A DNA stretch of 64,000 nt, taken from IMG/VR virus record IMGVR_UViG_3300022929_002303. The stretch is one strand, 5' to 3'. Numbering within the stretch: the first letter of the stretch is position 1; the number at the start of each line of letters is the position of its first letter. Both the position numbers and the translations under genes were made by a program. This document shows positions 19,995-29,044 of this stretch, piece after piece. Source of the DNA: an uncultured virus (IMG/VR IMGVR_UViG_3300022929_002303) (Duplodnaviria; Heunggongvirae; Uroviricota; Caudoviricetes). The notes under the pieces were generated by a model. The model made no database searches, was not told the DNA's origin, and saw nothing but the letters and a program-made list of their open reading frames with translations.

Positions 19995-20002
19995 GATAAA
20001 TA
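19995..20002 (+). promoter_or_regulatory. Late promoter GATAAATA
   Basis: Upstream of the gene at 20027. Confidence 0.7.
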
Positions 20003-20026
20003 GTATATTGAGAGATTATATAAATT

Positions 20027-21499
20027 ATGACTAGTACAATTAATACAAACGGAATAGACGGAAACTATCCTGTCCCGGGACAGAATAACAATTCTCAGGG
20101 TTTCAGAGATAATTTTACGGCTATCAAAAATAATTTAAATACAGCCGAAACAGAAATTTCAGACTTACAAAGTAATGCTGTACTTAAAGCGCCTTTAACT
20201 GGTATTCCGTTAGACAATAACATGGCCAATACTTTGATTAGTAATGCCGCTGTTAGAACGTTTCGTAATACTACATATAATTTAGGTAATAACGTATCAG
20301 GAACAGTCGTAGTCGATTGTACATTAGGTGATGTACAATTTGCAACTATTACAGGAAACACTACGTTTCAATTTGCAGGTTGGGCACCTACTTCAACAAA
20401 ACACACAATCACGTTAGACTTAACTGTTGCAAACACTGATGCATTTTTAATGTTCCCTGCTGAAGTTGTTGGTAGTGGTGACATTTTAGAAAACAACATA
20501 ACGGTTAGTGGCAACTTAGCAATTGCTAAAGCACCTTATGATGTAACTAATCTCGTATATGATTTTTCTACTATTGATTGTGGTAATACAATTTTAGTAG
20601 AACCAGTCAACAGAAGTTATCAAATCTCACAAATCGAACAAAGAGAAGCAATTATTCCTACAGGATATGTAGGTGACAGAAACGGTGATGTTGCATTCTC
20701 TACAGTTATCGAACCACAAACAATAACTGATACAGGTAACGTTTTTACTGCCGGAACATTTGTAGTTGGTAGAGAATATATTATTGTTTCTACAGGAGAC
20801 ACTGATTTTACTTTAATTGGAGCCGCAGATAGCAACCCGGGAACTGCATTCGTAGCAACTGGTGTTGGTACAGGAACTGGAACAGCCAGTGACAATACTT
20901 TAATTACAGACAACACTACTGGTTTTTATGTAGGCATGCCAGTAGAGTTTACAGGACAAAATGGCAACACAGTATTTGGAGGAGTCTCTGCGGGTACAGA
21001 TTATTATGTAACATTTGTCGAAGATGATACTAGTTTTGCAGTAAGTACTACGTTGGGCGGTAGCAATATAGCACTGACTACTGGCAACAGTACAATGCAA
21101 GTATCACCTATTAAACATGTTTATTATGCTACAGGAACATTTGACAGCACAGTGAATTCTGTTAATTTGCATGAAACTACTGCATCAACAGACTTAATAG
21201 AATTGGCAGCCACTGTTCCAAATGTTGCATCATATGGATTAAATCAACCTATCGTATTTTCAGGCAGTGAGATAGAATTAGACGATGCAGGTCTTTTAGC
21301 AAATACTACATATTATATTGCTTCTATCGATACAGGTGGTGCAAACACAGCAATATCAATAAGCCGATCACGTACAAATGGCGTAGCAGACGGCAACGTA
21401 TCATTATCTGATCATACATTTACTTCAAACATAGCATTAGGTAATGTGTATACACAGGGCCACGACATTTGGAAAAGAATTAGGCTAGACTCGTTTTAA
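20027..21499 (+). CDS. Virion structural / short fibre-like protein
   Basis: N-terminus 'ID..YPV.GQ.N.SQGFRDNF..IK', T/G-rich beta segments, C-terminal 'IWKRI'. Confidence 0.65.
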   Translation: MTSTINTNGIDGNYPVPGQNNNSQGFRDNFTAIKNNLNTAETEISDLQSNAVLKAPLTGIPLDNNMANTLISNAAVRTFRNTTYNLGNNVSGTVVVDCTLGDVQFATITGNTTFQFAGWAPTSTKHTITLDLTVANTDAFLMFPAEVVGSGDILENNITVSGNLAIAKAPYDVTNLVYDFSTIDCGNTILVEPVNRSYQISQIEQREAIIPTGYVGDRNGDVAFSTVIEPQTITDTGNVFTAGTFVVGREYIIVSTGDTDFTLIGAADSNPGTAFVATGVGTGTGTASDNTLITDNTTGFYVGMPVEFTGQNGNTVFGGVSAGTDYYVTFVEDDTSFAVSTTLGGSNIALTTGNSTMQVSPIKHVYYATGTFDSTVNSVNLHETTASTDLIELAATVPNVASYGLNQPIVFSGSEIELDDAGLLANTTYYIASIDTGGANTAISISRSRTNGVADGNVSLSDHTFTSNIALGNVYTQGHDIWKRIRLDSF

Positions 21500-21509
21500 A
21501 GGATAGGCT

Positions 21510-21749
21510 ATGTCAGGCATGCATCATCCATTTATCAACGATCTTTCTGATAAAAGTATAGAAGAATTACAAGAAGCAATTTCTGATCTTACTACTAAAA
21601 TTACATTTGCACATCGCATACAAAATCAACCTATGATTAATCAATTAGATATGATTCTTAATAGTTACAAATCTGAACAAAAGAAAAAATTAGATAAATT
21701 GTTTGCTGAAAAAGAGATAGGTGATAACATTAAAGTAGATAGAAAATGA
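21510..21749 (+). CDS. Small hypothetical coiled-coil protein
   Basis: SD AAGGA; ATGA-coupled to the next gene. Confidence 0.65.
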   Translation: MSGMHHPFINDLSDKSIEELQEAISDLTTKITFAHRIQNQPMINQLDMILNSYKSEQKKKLDKLFAEKEIGDNIKVDRK

Positions 21750-22315
21750 GTACCAGAATAGAAAAAGATTTAGGTTTTTCTACAGCAATACATTTTGCTG
21801 ATACATTCATGTTAAATGAATATTTAATGACTTTATCTATGTTAGTAGAAACAGAGGACATTGCAGAACAAAATATTGCTTTAGAACGTTTACTGCATTT
21901 TGTTATAAACGTATTAAACAATTGTATTTTTATCAACGAAAACAACACCAAAGAAATTAAAAAATATAAAGAAGCAGGTATTAGAGTTTGTGAACTGCCC
22001 GATGATCCTTTTGATCAAATTATTTCTATGGCACTTTTGCAAAAGTTTAATTCTATTACTGAAGGACGAATTAAAGTTACAGACTGCTCACTAAGTTCTC
22101 ATTTAAGTGACGGTGTTCGTTTCTGTACAGTTTCAGAAATAGTAGAGAGTAACATAGATCAAGGAAACCATAAATGGTGGAATTGCAGTACACTCTGCAT
22201 TGAACATTCTAAACCAGATGATAACAATGATAATATTGTTAAACTTTTTTCTAATGATGAATGGGAAAAACTATCACTCAACTTTAAAAAGGGTAAAAAA
22301 TCTTCCAAAAGTTAG
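21746..22315 (+). CDS. Hypothetical protein
   Basis: 189-aa ORF in an operon; no motif recognised. Confidence 0.65.
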   Translation: MSTRIEKDLGFSTAIHFADTFMLNEYLMTLSMLVETEDIAEQNIALERLLHFVINVLNNCIFINENNTKEIKKYKEAGIRVCELPDDPFDQIISMALLQKFNSITEGRIKVTDCSLSSHLSDGVRFCTVSEIVESNIDQGNHKWWNCSTLCIEHSKPDDNNDNIVKLFSNDEWEKLSLNFKKGKKSSKS

Positions 22316-22360
22316 ACCTTTTTGCTTGTAAATCAACAATAATAGTGTATAATATATCAT

Positions 22361-22867
22361 ATGATTAACGATTATTACGGACGCCCTATATATACTGAAC
22401 GAGATTTAGTAGATATCTACATGACAAATCCAAATCAGAAATTAAAAGGTGTTCTTACTAATAACAAAATAGAAATTGATCCAAGCCTAGAAATAGAAAA
22501 TGTTCCTGAGTTAATAGAACACACATTAGCACAAGTTTCTGTTGCAGATTTTGATGAAGAAATGCGAAGCAAATGGCATATGCCTACAAAATACAGAGAA
22601 CTAGACATTGCTAAATGGTTACTAGAACAATGTAAACACGAAGAAGAAATACAACGTGTAGGAAAAGAATTGTTATTGTATCAAAAACGCGGACAATTTC
22701 AACTATTGCAGTATATGAAATATCTTGTTGATTTAATGAGAGAACATAATATCGTATGGGGAGTAGGTAGAGGGTCTAGTGTATCAAGTTTTGTTTTATT
22801 TTTGATAGGAATTCACCGTATAAATAGTATATACTACGGTTTAGACGTTGAAGAATTTTTAAAATAG
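22361..22867 (+). CDS. DNA polymerase III alpha (DnaE)-like fragment lacking the catalytic DxD
   Basis: 'RV..EL..Y...L.Y.KYLVD.MR...I.WGVGRGSSVSS.VL.LIGI..I....Y.L...EFLK' corresponds to the DnaE GxGRGS region; TATAAT at 22348-22353 upstream. Confidence 0.8.
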   Translation: MINDYYGRPIYTERDLVDIYMTNPNQKLKGVLTNNKIEIDPSLEIENVPELIEHTLAQVSVADFDEEMRSKWHMPTKYRELDIAKWLLEQCKHEEEIQRVGKELLLYQKRGQFQLLQYMKYLVDLMREHNIVWGVGRGSSVSSFVLFLIGIHRINSIYYGLDVEEFLK

Positions 22868-22875
22868 GAAGCAAT

Positions 22876-23565
22876 ATGGGAAGAATATATAAAACGGCAA
22901 GGGGAAGATCACTAGACATGGCGTCTTTGATTGCGAAACAAGAAAAAACACGTGCTGTTAGTAATATTAATGCAATTAATTCACGTGGTGATGAAATCGA
23001 TCAAGCAGGAAATGTAGTAAGACCTAATACTCAACGAGTTGCAGATTCATACGCATCACAGGTAGGAACTCAAGGTGCAGTAAGTTTACAAGAACGCCCT
23101 GAAAATCCTAATATTAGTAAAAGTGCTAATCCAAACGCTCCATTATCTCCCAAACAAAAAAGAGAACTTGAAGCATTAGAAAAAGTAGAGTCAGGTGCAG
23201 TGGAAGAAAAGGCGCCTACTGAGACTCCTATGCTAGATAAGTTAGTAGAAGAATCAAAACCTAACGTGCAAGAAAGTGTGCAACCTGTAGCAGAAGTGGC
23301 GCAAGAAAGTGTAGAAGAATACGTAGCACCCATTGAAGCAGAGATTGCTCCTATTCCCCCTGCAGAACCTGAAGAATTTGTAATGAAATCAGCAGACGAA
23401 GCACCAGATAGTTTCCCTGCAGAAGGAGAAATAGAATTACATCCTGAAGAGGCTGAATTAGCAGAACTTGAAGAAGACTTTGATATCGAAGCAATTAAGA
23501 AAGCGGCTTTAGAAAACATTGTAACAGAACAACCAAAAGCAAAATCTAAAAAGAAGGGTAAGTAA
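22876..23565 (+). CDS. Hypothetical acidic, low-complexity protein
   Basis: N-terminal 'YKTARG...DM..L...EKTRAV.N...N.RGDEI', then an E/P/A-rich tail. Confidence 0.65.
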   Translation: MGRIYKTARGRSLDMASLIAKQEKTRAVSNINAINSRGDEIDQAGNVVRPNTQRVADSYASQVGTQGAVSLQERPENPNISKSANPNAPLSPKQKRELEALEKVESGAVEEKAPTETPMLDKLVEESKPNVQESVQPVAEVAQESVEEYVAPIEAEIAPIPPAEPEEFVMKSADEAPDSFPAEGEIELHPEEAELAELEEDFDIEAIKKAALENIVTEQPKAKSKKKGK

Positions 23566-23568
23566 TAA

Positions 23569-23946
23569 ATGGCAATAGGACTTAAATCTAATATCAATCG
23601 TATACATTGTAAATCATTGAGAGCAATCAGTGATAAAATTATTGTACATGGCATGGAGTTCGGTGAACAGAAACTTGCATCTGGTATCGTGCTAGTAGAC
23701 GATGATAAAAAGTCTACAGGAATCAAGCCTAGATGGGCACAAGTATACTCTATCGGTCCACAGGCAAATACTGAACTTAAAGAAGGACAATATGTAATGG
23801 TAGCACATGGTCGTTGGACACGTGGTATTAACATTACAGACGAAGAAGGGGACAAGACAATTCGTTGTGTTGACCCAAAAGATTGCTTGTTAGTAAGTGA
23901 TGAACCACAGACTAACATGGCATATGGAGATAAAGAAGGAGCATAG
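23569..23946 (+). CDS. groES: Co-chaperonin GroES-like protein
   Basis: 'LRAI.D.IIV......E....SGIVL........PRW..V...GP......G..V.V..G.W'. Confidence 0.8.
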   Translation: MAIGLKSNINRIHCKSLRAISDKIIVHGMEFGEQKLASGIVLVDDDKKSTGIKPRWAQVYSIGPQANTELKEGQYVMVAHGRWTRGINITDEEGDKTIRCVDPKDCLLVSDEPQTNMAYGDKEGA

Positions 23947-24010
23947 TGTTCGGATTTTTTACTTATGTGTTCATGTGAATACATATAATGAAAAATTTAA
24001 AGGAGACTAT

Positions 24011-24391
24011 ATGAAATTTTTTATTTTCATTCTGGCACTAGTTTCATTCGGTGCTACAGCCCAAACGGTTATCAACTATGACGATGGTTCTACATTGACC
24101 CTTGAAGAAGGTGAAATGATTCACGTTACTAAAGGTAAATTGTATCAACAACGCACTTATAATAGCGGTAGAACTATTCAGTTCAAAGAGTTTCCGGAAA
24201 CTGCTCGGCGTGATTATGTTGAAGTAGATAACGGAACTGATGACGACATGGCAATGGGATCACACGCCTGGTGTGATGCATATGTTCCATGGTCAGAAGG
24301 TTTGACCTTCACTATGGTTGCATGGCAACGTTATTGTGATACAAATAATGACGGTGTGTATGACGAAAACGATGACGGTTGGGAAGGCTAA
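24011..24391 (+). CDS. Secreted/periplasmic hypothetical protein
   Basis: Start re-called to ATG 24011 (SD AGGAG); signal peptide MKFFIFILALVSFGATA|Q. Confidence 0.7.
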   Translation: MKFFIFILALVSFGATAQTVINYDDGSTLTLEEGEMIHVTKGKLYQQRTYNSGRTIQFKEFPETARRDYVEVDNGTDDDMAMGSHAWCDAYVPWSEGLTFTMVAWQRYCDTNNDGVYDENDDGWEG

Positions 24392-24394
24392 AAT

Positions 24395-24418
24395 AAAGGG
24401 CACATTGTTGCCCTTTTT
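24395..24418 (+). terminator. Rho-independent terminator
   Basis: AAAGGGCA-CATTGT-TGCCCTTTTT. Confidence 0.8.
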
Positions 24419-24431
24419 CTTTAATTAATGA

Positions 24432-24460
24432 TTGACATCTATTCATTAATCCTATATAAT
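24432..24460 (+). promoter_or_regulatory. Sigma70-type promoter
   Basis: TTGACA (24432-24437), 17 nt, TATAAT (24455-24460). Confidence 0.85.
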
Positions 24461-24492
24461 AACAGTATTAAATTAAACTCAATGAGGTATCA

Positions 24493-25416
24493 ATGAAGAA
24501 TCAGTTGTGGGTAGAAAAGTATCGTCCGTTATCTGTAGATGATTATGTGTTTACAGATCCAATTCAAAAAGAACAAGTTCAAAACTGGATAGCAGAAGAT
24601 AGTTTCCCTCATTTATTGATGTCTGGTGACCCCGGTACAGGTAAAACTACACTGGCAAAAGTGTTGATTAACGAATTAGGTATCGAAGAATATGACGTAT
24701 TGACTATTAATGCATCACGTGAAAATGGTATTGACATGTTGCGTGAAAAGATTAATGGCTTTGTGCAGACTATGCCGTTCGGCAAGTTCAAGGTGGTGCT
24801 GTTAGACGAGGCAGATTATTTAACTCAGCCCTCGCAGGCAGCCTTAAGAAATGATATGGAAGCATACCATGAGACTGTAAGATACATTCTCACTTGTAAC
24901 TATGCCCATAAGATCATTCCTGCACTAAAGTCTCGTTGTCATCAATATCATATTGCTAAGCCTGATATGACAGAGTTTACAGCAAGAGCGGCAACTGTGC
25001 TAGTTACAGAAAAAGTTGAGTTTGAATTAGATGTATTAGATACATATGTTCGTGCAACTTATCCTGACTTACGTAAGTGTCTCAATCAATTGCAAGTAAA
25101 CAGCGGCTCTGGCGCTCTCAGGCCCCCTCAGAGTGAAGGCCAGAGTGAAGATGAACTCTTAGTCGAAGCAACAAACTTGTTTAAAAGCGGTAATTTAATC
25201 GAAGCAAGACAACAATTGATGCAATATATCGCATTGTATCCTACTAGAATCGAAGATACATATCGTTGGATGTATGATAACTTAGACTTGTTTGGGGCAA
25301 GTAATGAAGAACGTGATGCAAATATCATTGTTATCAGAAATGGTCTAGCAAATCTGCCGTTAGTAGGTATCCCTGAGATATCACTCGCCGCAACTTTAGT
25401 TGAGTTGACTTCTTAA
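24493..25416 (+). CDS. Sliding-clamp loader ATPase subunit (gp44/RFC small subunit-like)
   Basis: 'LWVEKYRP', Walker A GDPGTGKT, 'INAS', Walker B LLDEAD, and the SRC motif. Confidence 0.95.
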   Translation: MKNQLWVEKYRPLSVDDYVFTDPIQKEQVQNWIAEDSFPHLLMSGDPGTGKTTLAKVLINELGIEEYDVLTINASRENGIDMLREKINGFVQTMPFGKFKVVLLDEADYLTQPSQAALRNDMEAYHETVRYILTCNYAHKIIPALKSRCHQYHIAKPDMTEFTARAATVLVTEKVEFELDVLDTYVRATYPDLRKCLNQLQVNSGSGALRPPQSEGQSEDELLVEATNLFKSGNLIEARQQLMQYIALYPTRIEDTYRWMYDNLDLFGASNEERDANIIVIRNGLANLPLVGIPEISLAATLVELTS

Positions 25417-25433
25417 CCATATAAATAAATGAT

Positions 25434-25712
25434 ATGAGATATTTACTAATACAATACATTCGCAAACCAAATGGTCAAATAGATGAATTGGTTCAAGTTT
25501 CACGCAAATTAAAAAAATCAGACATGAACACAAAAAATGTGATTATGGACTACTCTGATAATTCAGTTCAAAAATGTGTTATTGAAGGTAATAACCACGA
25601 TACAACATTTGAAAAAATGAGTTCTTATTACAAGAGAATTTACCCTAAACTGATTGAGCAACTTGAAAAAGAAGGACCAATCGAAAAGAAAGATAAAAGG
25701 AATAAAAAATGA
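25434..25712 (+). CDS. Hypothetical protein
   Basis: 92 aa; TATAAATA at 25420-25427 just upstream. Confidence 0.65.
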   Translation: MRYLLIQYIRKPNGQIDELVQVSRKLKKSDMNTKNVIMDYSDNSVQKCVIEGNNHDTTFEKMSSYYKRIYPKLIEQLEKEGPIEKKDKRNKK

Positions 25713-25927
25713 GAAATAAATTTAAAGAAGTTTTGTTAGATTTTGGACAAGGAGCATACATATTTGCATGGATTTTTGTTATTATGTTTACTTATATTTG
25801 GACATTGTCTCTTTTTAACTTCTCAGAAACAATTGAAGAATTATTAATATTTGCACCTTTATTCATTTATGCCGCTTATATGATGGGCGGATTAAGAAGG
25901 CTGAATAGAAAATCAAAGACCTTGTAG
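25709..25927 (+). CDS. Small two-TM membrane protein
   Basis: Two hydrophobic segments and a basic C-terminus; ATGA coupling. Confidence 0.6.
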   Translation: MRNKFKEVLLDFGQGAYIFAWIFVIMFTYIWTLSLFNFSETIEELLIFAPLFIYAAYMMGGLRRLNRKSKTL

Positions 25928-25944
25928 GGGCAAAATCTTCAGTC

Positions 25945-25973
25945 GAAAGGGCCTAGAACGGCCCTTTCTTTTT
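25945..25973 (+). terminator. Terminator between convergent genes
   Basis: GAAAGGGCC-TAGAAC-GGCCCTTTC-TTTTT. Confidence 0.8.
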
Positions 25974-25994
25974 GGTTTATATGGACCTATGAAA

Positions 25995-26780
25995 TTATTG
26001 ATACATCTTTAGTACGTGTTCAATAATCTTGTGTCTCCGTATGTCTTTGTGATCAAAAGTACAAGCAGTCATGCCTGGCACTTTATGTAGATCAATTCTT
26101 TCTTTTAAATCAAGGAGCCCGTTATTGTGTGTTAGTCGGTCAGTCTGTTCAACGTCACCATTGATTACGATTTTGCTACCCTCAGCAATCCTTGTCATTA
26201 ACATTTTTATTTGTGACGGTGTTGCGTTTTGAGCCTCATCTAATATAATCCATGAATGCTTGAAGTTTCTGCCTCGGCAAAATGCTAAAGGTGTGATTTC
26301 TATGATTTGTTCCTTTAACATATATTCGATTTCATTCTGTGAGTAATATTCTCTCACCACATCGAATAAGGGTCTTACCCATGGTTCCATTTTTGAGTTT
26401 AAGTCGCCTGGGAGAAAGCCATGTTTTTCATCATCCACTGCTACAGCAGGGCGTGTGAGTAATATTTTATCGCATTGACCTGATCTTAATGCTCTCATTG
26501 CCGCTAACATTGCTAAGTAGGTTTTACCTGTTCCAGCGGGGCCACTAGCCATAACGATATCTGTTTCAGGGTCATTTAATGCTATAATATATTTTTCCTG
26601 ATTTATACTCTGAGGTACTAATTCGATTGGTCTACGTGACTTCTGCTTTTTGCTATACTTGCTAAAGTCAATGGTCTTTGAGGTGTTCATATAGAATGTG
26701 TCCTCTGCGTTGTATTGTGTTTCCCTGTGTCTGTATGGTTCATGTTTTTTCCTTAGTGCGCCTGTTTTTCGTTTACTCAT
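25995..26780 (-). CDS. phoH: PhoH family ATPase
   Basis: 'GPAGTGKT', 'LTRPAV', 'GFLPGDL..K..PW', 'RGR.F', 'LDEAQN', 'GD..Q.D', 'DI.RH'. Confidence 0.95.
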   Translation of the reverse strand: MSKRKTGALRKKHEPYRHRETQYNAEDTFYMNTSKTIDFSKYSKKQKSRRPIELVPQSINQEKYIIALNDPETDIVMASGPAGTGKTYLAMLAAMRALRSGQCDKILLTRPAVAVDDEKHGFLPGDLNSKMEPWVRPLFDVVREYYSQNEIEYMLKEQIIEITPLAFCRGRNFKHSWIILDEAQNATPSQIKMLMTRIAEGSKIVINGDVEQTDRLTHNNGLLDLKERIDLHKVPGMTACTFDHKDIRRHKIIEHVLKMYQ

Positions 26781-26885
26781 ATATAATTCCTATATTTTAA
26801 AATGAAATGAGAAATTGTTTTCTCATTAAATACTTACCTGGTTTAGGTATGTAAAGAATCAGTGGATGAGGAAATGTCGTTTTGT

Positions 26886-26952
26886 GATAAATACTAGCAC
26901 CAGAAGAACATGTTGTAAAATTCTTTTGCAGTCCCAATGAGATAAATACTAG
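26886..26952 (+). promoter_or_regulatory. Tandem late promoters GATAAATACTAG x2
   Basis: Identical 12-mers at 26886 and 26941; the second has a 5-nt spacer from its octamer to ATG 26954. Confidence 0.7.
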
Positions 26953-26953
26953 T

Positions 26954-27586
26954 ATGACTAAAGCAATTACAGGCGATAATCTTGCTAGGAAACAAGCAGA
27001 TTCATTTTTCAAAGACATTGACTTTGTTAGTATTGTAGATACAATAAAAAATATCTATATGTCTGACGGTGCAATGAATACTTTGCTGGACTTTGAAAGA
27101 GTCTTAGACGAAGCAGACATATATGCATATAGAAATTGGATCAACGGAGAATTAGTACAAGGTCCTGATGTAGGAAGATATTCATGTACATGTACATTTA
27201 TGTGGCCTTATAAATTAATGCCTGATCCTAGAGCAACATTAAGACTTGCAACAATTGGTTGCAATATTAAAATGATGAAGTCTAAGATTGAAGTTCCTGT
27301 AGCAGTCACATCATACGAAGACTTTCAATCAGGAAGTCGTTACCCTAAAATGAAAGAAAATAAAGTTTGGTTTATGCAAATTGAAATACCTTTTGAATTA
27401 ATGGATGATATTAAAGAAGGTAGTGTTGACATTGCAGAAGACACAATTGACTTATCAGAAATCGAAGATGCATATGACAATGATTTAGAACAAACAAAAT
27501 CAGAAGAAGATACAGGCAACGATATGGAAGCAGTTGATGACGTTACTCAAGGCGCACCAAATGATGGCGGAGCATTTCAAATCTAA
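26954..27586 (+). CDS. Conserved-looking hypothetical phage protein
   Basis: 'LLDFERVLDE.D.Y...NW..GELV.GP...RY...C.FMWP...MPDP'; acidic tail. Confidence 0.7.
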   Translation: MTKAITGDNLARKQADSFFKDIDFVSIVDTIKNIYMSDGAMNTLLDFERVLDEADIYAYRNWINGELVQGPDVGRYSCTCTFMWPYKLMPDPRATLRLATIGCNIKMMKSKIEVPVAVTSYEDFQSGSRYPKMKENKVWFMQIEIPFELMDDIKEGSVDIAEDTIDLSEIEDAYDNDLEQTKSEEDTGNDMEAVDDVTQGAPNDGGAFQI

Positions 27587-28134
27587 TGACTATTCTATCT
27601 GAAAGTTTAAACTACATGGACATGGAAAATCAAGTTGTTCCTCTTGTATCTATAGATGAATATGCCGCTAAGATGGGAGAAGACAAAGATATTGTCACAG
27701 TAACTTTTATGGTTAAATCAAAATTAGTTGCTGAAGATTTAGTAACATGGTTTGAAAGAGGCTATGATTTTATTTTAGATGCTAGTATATCAGACGGTGA
27801 ACTCTCACCTAACAAATGGTTAGTCTTTGTAGAAATGGAAAGACGTTCATGGGTAGCACGTAGAGTATTAGGTTTATTAAAAGATTTAGAAACACTAACA
27901 GGCATGCCTGTCGAAGAATATACTCTTAACATTGACGGTGATGAATATCCAATGGAACTAGAGATTATGAAACAAAAAATTATTTTAAACCCAACCAAAT
28001 ACGAGATTGAAAAAGAAGAACCCATCAATGATGAACTCAATGAAATGAGACTCAAAGCAGGTTTAGAATACAAAGAATCTGACACTCCCAAAGACGAATA
28101 CATCAAATCACTTCAAGCAACTGCCGGGATTTAA
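27586..28134 (+). CDS. Hypothetical putative head protein
   Basis: Starts MTILSE|S; C-terminal 'ELNEMRLKAGL...LQATAGI' motif is shared with other proteins in the window. Confidence 0.65.
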   Translation: MTILSESLNYMDMENQVVPLVSIDEYAAKMGEDKDIVTVTFMVKSKLVAEDLVTWFERGYDFILDASISDGELSPNKWLVFVEMERRSWVARRVLGLLKDLETLTGMPVEEYTLNIDGDEYPMELEIMKQKIILNPTKYEIEKEEPINDELNEMRLKAGLEYKESDTPKDEYIKSLQATAGI

Positions 28135-28148
28135 CGGGCAAATTACTG

Positions 28149-28177
28149 TTGACTTCTATATACATGGCTGTTATAAT
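28149..28177 (+). promoter_or_regulatory. Sigma70-type promoter for dnaJ
   Basis: TTGACT, 17 nt, TATAAT; the ATG follows after 5 nt. Confidence 0.8.
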
Positions 28178-28182
28178 ATAGC

Positions 28183-29019
28183 ATGGACCATTATCAAACA
28201 TTAGGTGTATCACCTCAAGCCGATCAAAAGGAAATTAAAAGAGCCTATCGAAAACTTGCAGGTAAACATCACCCTGATAAAGGCGGAGATGCTGAAAAAT
28301 TTAAAGAATTACAAAAAGCATATGATACTCTAAGTGACCCACAGAAACGAGCAGAGTATGATAATCCTAATCCATTCACACAATTTCAGCAAGGAGGCAA
28401 TCCGTTTGGTGCAGATAGTCCGTTTGGTGATATCTTTGGTGATATTTTTGGTCAACGTCCTAGAGGAACTAGGCGTCCGCAACCTCAACCAATGTATAGA
28501 ACACAGTTAAATGTTACTTTACGTCAATCATACACAGGTGATATACAAACACTAGAATTAAATACTCCACAAGGTAAAAAAGTCGTGCAAGTTACTGTGC
28601 CACAAGGTGTACAGACCGGGCAACAGACACGTTATGATAATGTAGTTCAAAACGGAACATCTTTAATTATTGATTTTCATGTAATGCAAGATTCATGGTT
28701 TGAAAGACACGGAAACAATTTGTTATGTACACATAACATTTCAGTATTAGATTTAATTGTGGGAACACATTTTAATTTTACTACGATATCTGGAAAGGTC
28801 TTAAAAGTTACAGTAAAACCCAACACACAACCAGGTACACAAATTAAATTAGCAGGACATGGAATGCCAATTGCTGATCGAAGAGGTCCTAATTACACTT
28901 CTGGAAACAACGGTGACCAAATTATATTGCTTAATGGTATTATACCAGATACAATAGAGCAAGGTGTCATAGACTCAATTAAAAAATATAAAGATATCCA
29001 AGACTTAAAGCAAAACTAA
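28183..29019 (+). CDS. dnaJ: DnaJ/CbpA-type co-chaperone (class II, no Zn finger)
   Basis: J-domain with HPD, G/F-rich region and DnaJ C-terminal domain ('G.GMP...GD'). Confidence 0.92.
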   Translation: MDHYQTLGVSPQADQKEIKRAYRKLAGKHHPDKGGDAEKFKELQKAYDTLSDPQKRAEYDNPNPFTQFQQGGNPFGADSPFGDIFGDIFGQRPRGTRRPQPQPMYRTQLNVTLRQSYTGDIQTLELNTPQGKKVVQVTVPQGVQTGQQTRYDNVVQNGTSLIIDFHVMQDSWFERHGNNLLCTHNISVLDLIVGTHFNFTTISGKVLKVTVKPNTQPGTQIKLAGHGMPIADRRGPNYTSGNNGDQIILLNGIIPDTIEQGVIDSIKKYKDIQDLKQN

Positions 29020-29044
29020 ATAATATTATACAGAGGAAAAACAT

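Noticed and set aside
22865..22920. TAG readthrough or recoding that would extend the DnaE fragment
   Set aside because: Reading through gives EAIWEEYIKRQGEDH and another TAG, with no PDxD. Genes across the window end cleanly at TAA, TAG and TGA, so the standard code applies.
23070..23984. 304-aa minus-strand ORF and many other short antisense ORFs in the track
   Set aside because: They overlap well-supported plus-strand genes and are Ser-rich mirror images of Glu-rich coding sequence.
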